Assembly: GCA_022826195.1 (NCBI GenBank)
Contig: JAJDVI010000012.1
Span: 71,583-135,582 of the forward strand
Direction: 5' to 3'
DNA: 64,000 nt
DNA from: Acidobacteriota bacterium
Lineage (GTDB): Bacteria; Acidobacteriota; Vicinamibacteria; Marinacidobacterales; Marinacidobacteraceae
The notes below the pieces were generated by a model that saw only the letters and a program-made list of their open reading frames with translations, had not been told where the DNA came from and did no database searches. Each line of letters opens with the position of its first letter. The stretch's first letter is position 1. Made by a program: the position numbers and the translations under genes. This document shows positions 19,146 to 28,074 of this stretch, piece after piece.

Positions 19146-19802
19146 CTACCGCAGGATCCGGCGTTCCGCGGCGAGGGCGTCCAGTTCCCGGTCCAGCTCT
19201 TCCGCTTCCGCCCGGAGGCGGTTCGTGTCGAGGGGACTCAGGAACCGATTGGGGTTGCGCGGCGCGGTGGGAAGGCCGCTTGACCCGATGGCGGTCAGCG
19301 AGGCCTCGATGTCGAGCAGGCGCTCCCGGATCTCGGCTTCCCGTTCCGCGATCTCGCGGAGCCGGGCTTCGATGGCTTCCTGAACGTCATCCGCGCTGGG
19401 TTCGGCCGTGTCCTCGCCGGGGTCGCCGGGCGGAAGGTCTTCGCCGGTGACGGGAGGGTCGCGGAGTGGGTCCGTCTCGAGCGGAGCCGGCGGTTGATCC
19501 GGACTCGTCGAGCGCGTACCGGAGAGATCGGCGTCGGTGAAGCGCGGCGCCGGGCCGTGTCGCTCCCGGCTGGCCGCGATGCGGGCGCGGTTCCGCCGCG
19601 CGGCCTCGGCAAGCGACGGCTGGCTCTCCTGAACGGACGGTGAGGGAGCGGCGCTCCCGGCCGTCGCGATCAGCAGCCCGAGGGCGAAAACCGCGGCGGG
19701 CAGTTCAAGCGTTGACAGGATTGCCGAAGCGGTCGCGCAGGACGTACGGCGGCAGGCGATATTCCTCGCGGAACATCTGGGTACGGACAGAACCCGTGAC
19801 AT
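19146..19802 (-). CDS. Hypothetical secreted Pro/Glu/Arg-rich coiled-coil protein
   Basis: internal signal-like LELPAAVFALGLLIATAGSAAP; true start probably internal (~19715), since the 5' end of the ORF overlaps the upstream gene; no recognised domain. Confidence 0.35.
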   Translation of the reverse strand: MSRVLSVPRCSARNIACRRTSCATASAILSTLELPAAVFALGLLIATAGSAAPSPSVQESQPSLAEAARRNRARIAASRERHGPAPRFTDADLSGTRSTSPDQPPAPLETDPLRDPPVTGEDLPPGDPGEDTAEPSADDVQEAIEARLREIAEREAEIRERLLDIEASLTAIGSSGLPTAPRNPNRFLSPLDTNRLRAEAEELDRELDALAAERRILR

Positions 19803-20928
19803 GGGACGCGATGTCTCTCCCGGTGAGCAGATAGACGACAGTGGGGCAAAGGTCGCGCCGCATCACCTGCTCGGGGAACACCGCGCCCGCCCGGAAGTCG
19901 GGGCCGACCCCGAGCGTCCAGACGTTGTGGGCGTAGTAGTTCCCCTGCGAGTGATGGAGCTGTCCGTACACGTTGACCTCGTCGTCGCGGCCGCATTCGG
20001 GCCGCAGCAGGATCGAGGTGGTGTCACGCAGGTACGGATCGTTCTGGATGAAATCGTGGAGGTTGCCGATGAGCTCGTCGGTGGCCGCGATATGCCGCCG
20101 GTACTGCTCGTAGTCGGTGTCGTAGTCCCAGAAACCGGCGTCGGCGTGGGCATCGTCGAGCGCCAGCATCTGGATGGTGATCAGTTTCGGCCGGAAGTCC
20201 CGGAGCAGGTGTTTCGCGATCTCGAAGCACTGCCCGTCGCCGAGCGGGACCTCCCGGTCCACCAGCGAGGTCTTGGTGGACGCCGGCACGTCGGTCCGCC
20301 GGGAGACGGCGTCGGCGAGCCAGTCCTCGAGGTCCTTCCGGGTCTGCCGGGTGTGGCCGAGTCCCGGTTCGATGTTGGCCTTCACGAGAGCCGCGGCCGA
20401 CTGCTCCTGATCGTCGTGGAACAGCTTGTTCATGGTCAGCGAATTCGCGCCGAACTGGAGCCCGCCGTCCGGGTGGGCGCTCCAGTGCTTCCGGTCGAAG
20501 ACCCACGACCGGTAGTAGCTGACTCCCTGGAGCATCCAGTAGTCGTTCACCGAACCCCCGAGTTCCTTGCGGACCGTCTCGGTCCACGTCGGATAGAGCG
20601 GATGCTCCGAGACCGTTTCCCGGCCGGTCAGCATCTCGGTGTACATGTAGCCGTGGAGGTTCGCGGTCTCGCCGAAGTCCTCGGTGAACACGCTCCCGGC
20701 GTCCATCATCCGGGCCATGTGCGGCGCGTGCGCCCGGTCCTCGACGGTGTCCTTCTTCCGGCAGCCGTTGCCGTAGAGGATGACCACCAGGTGCTTCGTC
20801 TTCAGGCTCGCGTCGGGAACGACGCCCGCGCGCTCGGGCGCGGCGGCCAGCAGCCGGTTCGCGCTTCCACCCAGGCCGAGGGCCGCCGCGCCGGCGGCGC
20901 CGAGAAAGCGACGGCGGTTCATGCTCAT
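19705..20928 (-). CDS. Tat-exported hypothetical protein
   Basis: twin-arginine signal MSMNRRRFLGAAGAAALGLGGSA; 407 aa; ATG overlaps upstream gene stop (ATGA). Confidence 0.55.
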   Translation of the reverse strand: MSMNRRRFLGAAGAAALGLGGSANRLLAAAPERAGVVPDASLKTKHLVVILYGNGCRKKDTVEDRAHAPHMARMMDAGSVFTEDFGETANLHGYMYTEMLTGRETVSEHPLYPTWTETVRKELGGSVNDYWMLQGVSYYRSWVFDRKHWSAHPDGGLQFGANSLTMNKLFHDDQEQSAAALVKANIEPGLGHTRQTRKDLEDWLADAVSRRTDVPASTKTSLVDREVPLGDGQCFEIAKHLLRDFRPKLITIQMLALDDAHADAGFWDYDTDYEQYRRHIAATDELIGNLHDFIQNDPYLRDTTSILLRPECGRDDEVNVYGQLHHSQGNYYAHNVWTLGVGPDFRAGAVFPEQVMRRDLCPTVVYLLTGRDIASHVTGSVRTQMFREEYRLPPYVLRDRFGNPVNA

Positions 20929-22349
20929 TGCGGTTTCGGGGCGGCGGCCGGTTCCGTCTTCGCTTCGGGCAGGAACTCCACCTCCAGGCCGCGGACCTCG
21001 TCGTCGCGGACCGGATTCAGGTTCAGGTAGTTCTGCGCCCGGTCGGAAATGTTCACCCGCGACACCGAGTAGGTGCCGCGCTCCTGCCACGTCTCGATCT
21101 TCAGGACGCCGCGGAAGACGTTGGGCTGCGGGACCAGCGAGGGCCGGTTCAGCGGCGGGTTCCGGCTCTCGAGCTCCACCCGGACCAGGTCGGCGCCGGA
21201 CGGGCTCTGGAAAGAGACGTAGACCTTGTCCACGCCGCTCAGGTTGTCCTCCACGAGGGCGGCCACCGGGATGGACTCGCTGGCGAGCGCCTCGCGCTGC
21301 GGCAACTCGACGGCGAGCAGCACCGGCGGCTCGTCGTCGCGCTTGTCCGGGTTCTCCGTGATCAGCACGGTCCGGTTCGCGAGCACCGGCGACGTCGCGG
21401 CGAAAACGAGGGCGCTGTTCCGCGCCGCGTCATAGAGCTCGACCTTCTGGACCGTCCAGCGGCCGCCCTCGTACCACTCGGGAATGGAGAAAGCCCCGAG
21501 AAAGCGGCCCGGGTTCCGGGCGTCGCCGATCAGGTCCGCCCGCACCGCGCGTCTTCCCGAGGGACTCGCGAACACCGCCCGCGCCTGGGTCGGGCCCGCC
21601 AGGTTGTCCTCGGCGAAGGCCTCCACCCGGATGGTCTCGCCGACGCTCGCCTCGGGGGTGAGGATCTCGAGCGAGCGGAGCGTGGGCGGGGTCACGTCCG
21701 CCTCCGGATTCTCCGAGACCACGAAATAGGCCGGGCTGCCGTCCGGCGCCCGCATCACCGGGTTGAACTCGGTGGAGTACGCCTTCTTGTGCCCGTGCTC
21801 GTCGGTGATCATCGTCGAGCCCACGTTGTAGCGGCCGCCCGGGTGGTAGCGGTCCACCTTGCCGCGGCCGAGATAGAGGCGCTTGTCCTTCTCGTGGGGC
21901 TTGAAGTTCACGTAGATGACCGACGCCCGGCCGTACTCCTGGCTCCAGAACTCCGCGACGAACCGCCGGCCTTTCTCGAAGGCCGGCTCCACCCTGGCGA
22001 TCGCCCGCACGGTGTCGCCGGGGTCCACTGCCAGATCGATGACCCGGAACTCGGTCAGCGCGGTCGAACGGTGTTCCCCGCTCAGCTCGCGCTGGGCCGG
22101 CTGGGCGCCGCGCCGGCGGTACTGGAAGACCTCGGGGATGTAGTCCTCGTCGGCGACCCCGAGCTGGCCGGTCACGTCGGCGCTCGCCGGTTCGGTCCCC
22201 TGGGTTACGTCGTCGACGATCGCGAAGGGGTACGCGGCGGCCTTCGCATCCTCATCCTTCTCGCGCGCGCGCCGGGTTTCGGGCGGCTGGGCGAGCGCGG
22301 CCGACGCGCCGAACAGCGCGGCGAGCACCACAAAACGCACTGACATCAA
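20925..22349 (-). CDS. Secreted hypothetical protein with two tandem ~110-aa repeated domains
   Basis: Sec signal MSVRFVVLAALFGASAALA; internal duplication (PPTLRSLEILTPEASVGETIRVEAFAEDNLAGP... / PPVLLAVELPQREALASESIPVAALVEDNLSGV...). Confidence 0.55.
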   Translation of the reverse strand: MMSVRFVVLAALFGASAALAQPPETRRAREKDEDAKAAAYPFAIVDDVTQGTEPASADVTGQLGVADEDYIPEVFQYRRRGAQPAQRELSGEHRSTALTEFRVIDLAVDPGDTVRAIARVEPAFEKGRRFVAEFWSQEYGRASVIYVNFKPHEKDKRLYLGRGKVDRYHPGGRYNVGSTMITDEHGHKKAYSTEFNPVMRAPDGSPAYFVVSENPEADVTPPTLRSLEILTPEASVGETIRVEAFAEDNLAGPTQARAVFASPSGRRAVRADLIGDARNPGRFLGAFSIPEWYEGGRWTVQKVELYDAARNSALVFAATSPVLANRTVLITENPDKRDDEPPVLLAVELPQREALASESIPVAALVEDNLSGVDKVYVSFQSPSGADLVRVELESRNPPLNRPSLVPQPNVFRGVLKIETWQERGTYSVSRVNISDRAQNYLNLNPVRDDEVRGLEVEFLPEAKTEPAAAPKPQ

Positions 22350-22445
22350 AGGGAAACCGAGCCGATCAGCCAATATATCATCCGCCCCCCGGCGCCCGGC
22401 CCGCCACCGCGGCGGGCTGATTTCCCCGGCGCCCGGTTGAACGAC

Positions 22446-23753
22446 ATGCCTCTTTTCGCCCGGCGTTTCGGCCACATGGGGACCGAGAACGCCTTCAAGA
22501 TCGGAGAAGACATGGCCCGCGCCCGGGCGCGCGGCGTGGATGTCATTCCCTTCACCATCGGCGAGCCCGACTTCGACAGCGCGCCGCACATCAACGAGGC
22601 GGGGATCGCGGCGATCCGCGCCGGAGACACCCACTACACCGATCCCGCCGGGATCGCGCCGCTCCGGGAAGCGCTCGCCGCCTACGTGTCCCGGACGCGC
22701 GGCATCGAGGTGGCCGCGGACCGGATCATCATCCTTCCGGGGGCGAAGCCCGCGATCGGCTACACGATGATGGCCTACGTGGATCCCGGCGACGAGGTGA
22801 TCTACCCGAGTCCCGGGTTCCCGATCTACGAGTCGTGGGTCACCTATCTCGGGGGCGTGCCGAAACCGCTCGTGCTGCGGGAGGAGCGGGGCTTCTCCTT
22901 CACGGTGGAGGACCTGGACCGGCTGCTCACCGAGCGGACGAAGGTCCTGATGCTCTGTTCGCCGTCGAACCCGACCGGCGGGGTGCTCCCGAAGAGCCTG
23001 CTCGAGGAGGTCGCCGCGCTCGTGAAGGAGCGGGGCCGCCCGGACATCCGCGTCTACTCCGACGAGATTTACGAACACATCACCTTCGACGGTTTCGAGC
23101 ACACCTCGATGGCTTCCCTGCCGGGCATGGACCGGCACACGATCATCGCGAGCGGACACTCCAAGGGGTACGCGATGACCGGCTGGAGGCTCGGCTGGTG
23201 CGTGCTTCCCACGGCGGAAGAAGCCCTGCGGTTCAAGCAGATCAACATCAACACGGTGAGCTGCGTTCCCCCCTTCATCCAGCAGGCCGCCCGCGAGGCG
23301 CTGGAGAACCCGAAGACCTGGGAGGTGGTGGGTTCGATGGTGGCCGAGTTCAAGCGGCGGCGTGACTACGTGGTGCCGGCGCTGAACGCCATTCCCGGAG
23401 TCAGTTGCGCGAATCCGCTGGGCGCCTTCTACGTCTTCCCGAACATCACGGGCGTCTGCGAATCCCTCGGCGCCACCGCGCACTTCGAGTCGCTGCCGGA
23501 TTCCCTGAAGGCGAGCACCAGCCCGGCGACCCTGGTTTCCCGGTTCCTCCTCTACTACCACGGGGTCGCCCTGGTGGACCGCCGCAGCTTCGGCGTGATC
23601 GGCAGCGAGGGACAGAACTTCCTGCGACTCTCCTATGCGGCGGACATGGACTCGATCCGCGAGGGGATCCGGCGGATCGCCGCCGGGGTCGCCGACCACG
23701 ACGGGTTCGCCCGCTTCCTGCAGGACCAGACTGCGTTAGGACTCGCCGCATGA
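22446..23753 (+). CDS. PLP-dependent aminotransferase, class I/II (aspartate aminotransferase-like)
   Basis: fold-type I signatures incl. SGHSKGYAMTGWRLGW (PLP-lysine), NPTG. Confidence 0.8.
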   Translation: MPLFARRFGHMGTENAFKIGEDMARARARGVDVIPFTIGEPDFDSAPHINEAGIAAIRAGDTHYTDPAGIAPLREALAAYVSRTRGIEVAADRIIILPGAKPAIGYTMMAYVDPGDEVIYPSPGFPIYESWVTYLGGVPKPLVLREERGFSFTVEDLDRLLTERTKVLMLCSPSNPTGGVLPKSLLEEVAALVKERGRPDIRVYSDEIYEHITFDGFEHTSMASLPGMDRHTIIASGHSKGYAMTGWRLGWCVLPTAEEALRFKQININTVSCVPPFIQQAAREALENPKTWEVVGSMVAEFKRRRDYVVPALNAIPGVSCANPLGAFYVFPNITGVCESLGATAHFESLPDSLKASTSPATLVSRFLLYYHGVALVDRRSFGVIGSEGQNFLRLSYAADMDSIREGIRRIAAGVADHDGFARFLQDQTALGLAA

Positions 23754-24772
23754 GCCGCATCTTCGTTACCCGCCCTATTCCAGCCGCCGGCCTCGCCATC
23801 CTGCGCACCGCGGCCGAGGTGGAGGTGGCGCCCACCGCCGACGGCGACTCGACTCCCCGGGAGCAGGTGCTTGCCGGCGCCCGGAGCGCCGACGTGCACG
23901 TCTCGCTGCTGACCGAGGCGGTGGACCGGGAGCTCATGGAGTCCGCTCCGCGGTTGCTCGGGGTGGCCAACTACGCGGTCGGCTTCAACAACGTGGACGT
24001 GGCGACCGCGACGGAGCTCGGCTTGCCGATCACCAACACCCCCGGCGTCCTGACCGACACGACCGCGGATCTGGCGTGGACGCTGCTGATGTCCGTCGCG
24101 CGCCGGGTGGTTCCGGCGGACGCCTACATGCGGGGCGGCCGGTACCGGATCTGGGGGCCGTCGCTGATGCTGGGCGCCGACGTCAGCCCGGGCGGTGACG
24201 AGCGCCGGAAGGTGCTGGGAGTCGTCGGCTTCGGGCGGATCGGGCAGGCGATGCACAGGCGCGCCCAGGGGTTCGACATGGACGTGCTGGCCTTCGATCC
24301 CCCCATGAAGGACATCATCGAAGCCCGCTCCGACGTGGAATACGCCGAGTTCGACGACCTGCTCGCCCGCAGCGATTTCGTGACGATCCACACCGACCTC
24401 AATCCCTCGACGCATCATCTCTTCGACGCGGCGGTCTTCGCGCGAATGAAGGAGACGGCGATCCTGATCAACACCGCGCGCGGGCCGGTCGTGGACGAGG
24501 CGGCGCTAGTGGACGCGCTCAAGTCGGGTCAGATCGGCGGCGCGGGGCTCGACGTGTTCGAGCACGAGCCGGCGTTCCACCCGGGGCTGGCCGACTGCGA
24601 CAACGTGGTGATGCTTCCCCACATCGCGAGCGGCAGCGTGGCCACCCGGGACCGCATGGCCACCATGTGCGCCGAGAACGCGGTGGCCCACCTGAACCGG
24701 CAGCGCGCGCCGAACTGCGTAAACCCGGAGGTCTACGACACGGAGGCGTACCGGCGGCGAACATCCCGGTAG
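23750..24772 (+). CDS. D-isomer-specific 2-hydroxyacid dehydrogenase (glyoxylate/hydroxypyruvate reductase-like)
   Basis: NAD-binding GVVGFGRIGQA, catalytic region ILINTARGPVVDE...MLPHIAS; ATG overlaps aminotransferase stop. Confidence 0.8.
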   Translation: MSRIFVTRPIPAAGLAILRTAAEVEVAPTADGDSTPREQVLAGARSADVHVSLLTEAVDRELMESAPRLLGVANYAVGFNNVDVATATELGLPITNTPGVLTDTTADLAWTLLMSVARRVVPADAYMRGGRYRIWGPSLMLGADVSPGGDERRKVLGVVGFGRIGQAMHRRAQGFDMDVLAFDPPMKDIIEARSDVEYAEFDDLLARSDFVTIHTDLNPSTHHLFDAAVFARMKETAILINTARGPVVDEAALVDALKSGQIGGAGLDVFEHEPAFHPGLADCDNVVMLPHIASGSVATRDRMATMCAENAVAHLNRQRAPNCVNPEVYDTEAYRRRTSR

Positions 24773-24842
24773 GCGAGTGTGTGAACCCGATTGACGCCCG
24801 GCATCCGGGATCGATCGGCGCGGCTCCGGCCGTCGGGCCGCG

Positions 24843-27005
24843 ATGAGCCAGACCTTCGTCATCGTCGCCGTCTGCGTCTATCTGGCGGGACTCCTGTTTC
24901 TGGGGGCGGTTGCCTCCACGCGGATCCGCAACGCCACCGACTTCGTGGTCGCCGGCCGCCGGCTCGGGCTGGGGCTCTGCACGTTCACGCTCTTTGCGAC
25001 CTGGTTCGGGGGCGGCACGCTGATCGGGGCGGCGGGAGCTTCCTACGCCGGCGGGCTGAACGCGGTGGTGGCCGATCCCTTCGGCGCCGCGCTCTGCCTG
25101 CTGCTCGCCGGCGCGTTCTACGTGCGGCTGCTCCGCCGGCTGCGGCTCCTGACGGTGCCGGACTTCTTCCGGCGCCGGTTCGGCCGGTCGGCCGAGATCC
25201 TCTCCGCGCTCTCGATCCTTCCGGCCTACATCGGCTGGGTGGGATCGCAGTTGCTCGCGGTGGGAACGGTGCTCTCCGCGATGGCCGGTCTCCCGTTCGT
25301 CGCCAGCATTCTCATCGCCGCCGCCATCGTCCTCGTCTACACGGTTCTCGGTGGCATGTGGGGCGTGACCCTCACCGATTTCTTCCAGGCGCTGGTCCTC
25401 ATCGCGGCGATCTGCGTGCTGCTGCCGATCGTCCTCGGAGCGGCGGGCGGGGTTTCCGCCGTGCTCGACGCCCTGCCGGAGGGCCGGACCCGGTTCCTGC
25501 CGACCGGCGGCCTCCTCGAATGGCTCTTCTTCGTGCAGGCCTGGCTGTTGATCGGCCTCGGGAACCTGCCCGGTCAGGACCTCATGCAACGGGCCCTCAG
25601 TTCCAAGAGCGAACGGGTCGCGCAGTGGTCCGCCTACTTCGGCGGTTCGCTCTACCTGGTGGTCGGCCTGATCCCGGTGGCGCTCGGGATGATCGGTTCG
25701 GTGCTGATGCCCGGCCTTCAGAACCCGGAAGAGATCGTGCCCCGTCTGGCCATGGAGTACCTGCCGCCGGCCGGGCTGGCCCTCTTCCTGGGAGCGCTCT
25801 TCTCGGCGCTCATGAGTTCCGCGGACAGCGGGCTGCTGGCCCCGGCGAGCGTCTTCGGGCAGAACATCGTCCGCAACCTGGCTCCCGACCTGAAGCCGAA
25901 GGAGGTGCTGGCTGCGGTCCGGGTCGGCGTCGTCATCTTCTGCGGACTGGCGCTCGCGGTGGCGCTGTGGTTCCAGAGCGTGTACACGCTGATGGTCGAA
26001 TCGTGGACCGTGATGATGGTCGGCCTCTTCGGCCCGCTCACGCTCGGTATGTACTGGAAGCGGACGAACACGCCGGGCTGCGTGAGCGGCATCGCGGCCG
26101 GGCTGGCGGTGTGGCTGGGGCTCGTCGGGTTGGAACTCGTCTCCGGCGCGGCCTCCCCCGAAGAGGTCCGGCAACTGCCGAACGCGCTCATCGCCACCCC
26201 GGTGTCCCTGCTGGTGACGGTTGCCGTTTCCCTGCTGACCGCGAAGAGCCACCCGCCGCGGGCGCTCACCGATCCCTCGGGAGCGCCGATCGAGGCGAAG
26301 GGCCGGCTCGGGACGCTGGGACTCCGCCCTCCGGCGTCCGCCTACGGACCCCCGGTTCCGATGGGGTCCGCGTCTCGCTGGCGGATCGTGCCGACGGCGG
26401 CGCATCACGCGGAGGCGCTCGCCGAACTCACGCGGATCGTCTTCCCCACGCTCGATCCTTCGGAGTGTTTCGTGGCGGACCACTACCGGAAACACGTCGA
26501 GATCTTTCCCGAGGGTCAGTTCGTCGCCCTGACGGGCGCGGACAGGCCGGTCGCGTCGACCACCACCCTGCGGCTGAACCTCGATCTCAGCCATCCGCAA
26601 CACCGCTTCCCCGAGTTCCTGGGAGGGCTCTACCTCGCCGCGCACAACCCCGCAGGCGAGTGGCTCTACGGCGCCGATCTCGGAGTCCACCCGGACTGGA
26701 GGCGGCAGGGAATCGCCCGGGCGCTCTACGCCGCCCGGCAGGCGACCGTCCGACGCCTGGGCCTGCGCGGCCAGCTCACCGTCGGCATGCTGAACGGCTA
26801 CGGGGCGGTCGCGGGCCGGATGACCGCCGAGGACTACTACGAGCGGCTGGTGGCGGGGGAGATCAGGGATCCGACGGTCTCCGCGCAGATGCGGATCGGA
26901 TTCCGCCCGGGGGGGCTCATTCCCAATTACGTCCAGGACCCCCGCTGCGGCGGCTACGGCGTCCTGCTGACCCTTCCCGCGGACCAGCAGGTTTCTCCCC
27001 GGTAA
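24843..27005 (+). CDS. Fusion protein: sodium:solute symporter (SSS family) N-terminal domain + C-terminal GNAT N-acetyltransferase domain
   Basis: ~480 aa of 12-13 TM helices typical of SSS family, then soluble ~230 aa with GNAT motif HPDWRRQGIARALYAARQ. Confidence 0.7.
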   Translation: MSQTFVIVAVCVYLAGLLFLGAVASTRIRNATDFVVAGRRLGLGLCTFTLFATWFGGGTLIGAAGASYAGGLNAVVADPFGAALCLLLAGAFYVRLLRRLRLLTVPDFFRRRFGRSAEILSALSILPAYIGWVGSQLLAVGTVLSAMAGLPFVASILIAAAIVLVYTVLGGMWGVTLTDFFQALVLIAAICVLLPIVLGAAGGVSAVLDALPEGRTRFLPTGGLLEWLFFVQAWLLIGLGNLPGQDLMQRALSSKSERVAQWSAYFGGSLYLVVGLIPVALGMIGSVLMPGLQNPEEIVPRLAMEYLPPAGLALFLGALFSALMSSADSGLLAPASVFGQNIVRNLAPDLKPKEVLAAVRVGVVIFCGLALAVALWFQSVYTLMVESWTVMMVGLFGPLTLGMYWKRTNTPGCVSGIAAGLAVWLGLVGLELVSGAASPEEVRQLPNALIATPVSLLVTVAVSLLTAKSHPPRALTDPSGAPIEAKGRLGTLGLRPPASAYGPPVPMGSASRWRIVPTAAHHAEALAELTRIVFPTLDPSECFVADHYRKHVEIFPEGQFVALTGADRPVASTTTLRLNLDLSHPQHRFPEFLGGLYLAAHNPAGEWLYGADLGVHPDWRRQGIARALYAARQATVRRLGLRGQLTVGMLNGYGAVAGRMTAEDYYERLVAGEIRDPTVSAQMRIGFRPGGLIPNYVQDPRCGGYGVLLTLPADQQVSPR

Positions 27006-27029
27006 CGGACCGCCCGCGCGAGCTCCCGT

Positions 27030-27071
27030 TTGACATCGGGATCAGAGTAATCTATAAAACAGACTACTCTG
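27030..27071 (+). promoter_or_regulatory. Sigma70-like promoter (TTGACA-17-TATAAA) with overlapping 7-bp inverted repeat CAGAGTA..TACTCTG
   Basis: TTGACA 27030-35, 17-nt spacer, TATAAA 27053-58; IR arms 27044-50 and 27065-71; RBS GGGAGAGG before ATG 27088; AT-rich island in GC-rich DNA. Confidence 0.45.
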
Positions 27072-27087
27072 AAGGGAGAGGTCAATC

Positions 27088-27657
27088 ATGGACACATCCA
27101 CCGCACGCAGCGACTTGGCGCTGGTCGACCGGATTCTCCGGTCGGCGGACCGCTCGCTCAACGTCGCGCCGCTCATCTTTCTCACCTGGGGGCTGTTCGC
27201 CGCGATCGTCAACGGAGTAGCGCAGGCTCGGGCCGTCGGCCTTCCGGTACCGTCCGACGGGTCCTTCCAGCTGCCGCTGATGCTGCTCGCGATCGGCATC
27301 AGCGCGTGGGCCGCGCACCGCCATGACACCGGACGCGAAACACAGATCGACAGCCAGGCGGGAATCACGTTCGGGGTGGCGTTCGGAGTTCTGTTGCTGC
27401 TGAACCTCACGGCCCAGCACCGGGTAATTCCCGGCGACGGGATGTCGCTGTTCTGGGCCGGGGGGATGAGCATCGCGCTACTGGTCGTCGGTCTGCAGGC
27501 GAGCCGGCCGCTGCTCATTGGCGGCATCGCGCTGCTCGCCGCCGCGGTGGTCGCCAGTTTCGTTCCGGCCTGGTTCCATGGCACGCTGGTCCTCGGCTGG
27601 GTGGCGGGGCTTGTGGTTCCCGCCATCGTGATCTGGGCGCGACGCGGCCGTGGATGA
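27088..27657 (+). CDS. Hypothetical integral membrane protein (4-5 TM)
   Basis: hydrophobic segments; co-oriented and overlapping with downstream wHTH gene. Confidence 0.45.
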   Translation: MDTSTARSDLALVDRILRSADRSLNVAPLIFLTWGLFAAIVNGVAQARAVGLPVPSDGSFQLPLMLLAIGISAWAAHRHDTGRETQIDSQAGITFGVAFGVLLLLNLTAQHRVIPGDGMSLFWAGGMSIALLVVGLQASRPLLIGGIALLAAAVVASFVPAWFHGTLVLGWVAGLVVPAIVIWARRGRG

Positions 27658-27928
27658 ACTCCTGCTGTCCCGGATCCGCCTGGCGGTCATCGCGGAGCTG
27701 GTTGCGGTGGAGTGGGCCACCTTCACCGACCTCCAGAAGTCGGTTCAGGCCACCAACGGCAACCTGAGCGCTCACCTCGGCAAGCTGATCGCCGGCGGCT
27801 ACGTCGTCGAACGCAAACGCTTCGTGCGCCGCCGCCCGCAGACCCGCTATCGCCTGACGGATGCCGGCCGCGCCGCCCTGCTGCAACACGTCGAGCAACT
27901 GCAGGCGCTGGTCGCTCCGGAGCGGTGA
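27650..27928 (+). CDS. Small winged-helix transcriptional regulator (MarR/PadR-like)
   Basis: LSRIRLAVIAELV...FTDLQKSVQATNGNLSAHLGKLIAGGYVVERKRF pattern of wHTH; GTG start overlapping upstream stop. Confidence 0.5.
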   Translation: MDELLLSRIRLAVIAELVAVEWATFTDLQKSVQATNGNLSAHLGKLIAGGYVVERKRFVRRRPQTRYRLTDAGRAALLQHVEQLQALVAPER

Positions 27929-28074
27929 GGCGGCGCCGTGCCGTCTGTAAGATTCGCGCCCCGCGAACGTAGCGAAGACAGGTCCTCTTCCGGCCTTCCG
28001 CGTGGAGTCCCGGGCTGTCGCACCGTGCCCGGAACCTTTCCCTCCCAAGCCTCGTAGGCTCCTGATTCAAGAAC

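Noticed and set aside
24519-27220. 723-aa minus-strand and 809-aa plus-frame ORFs overlapping the SSS-GNAT gene
   Set aside because: Alternative frames of a GC-rich membrane protein gene with no motifs.
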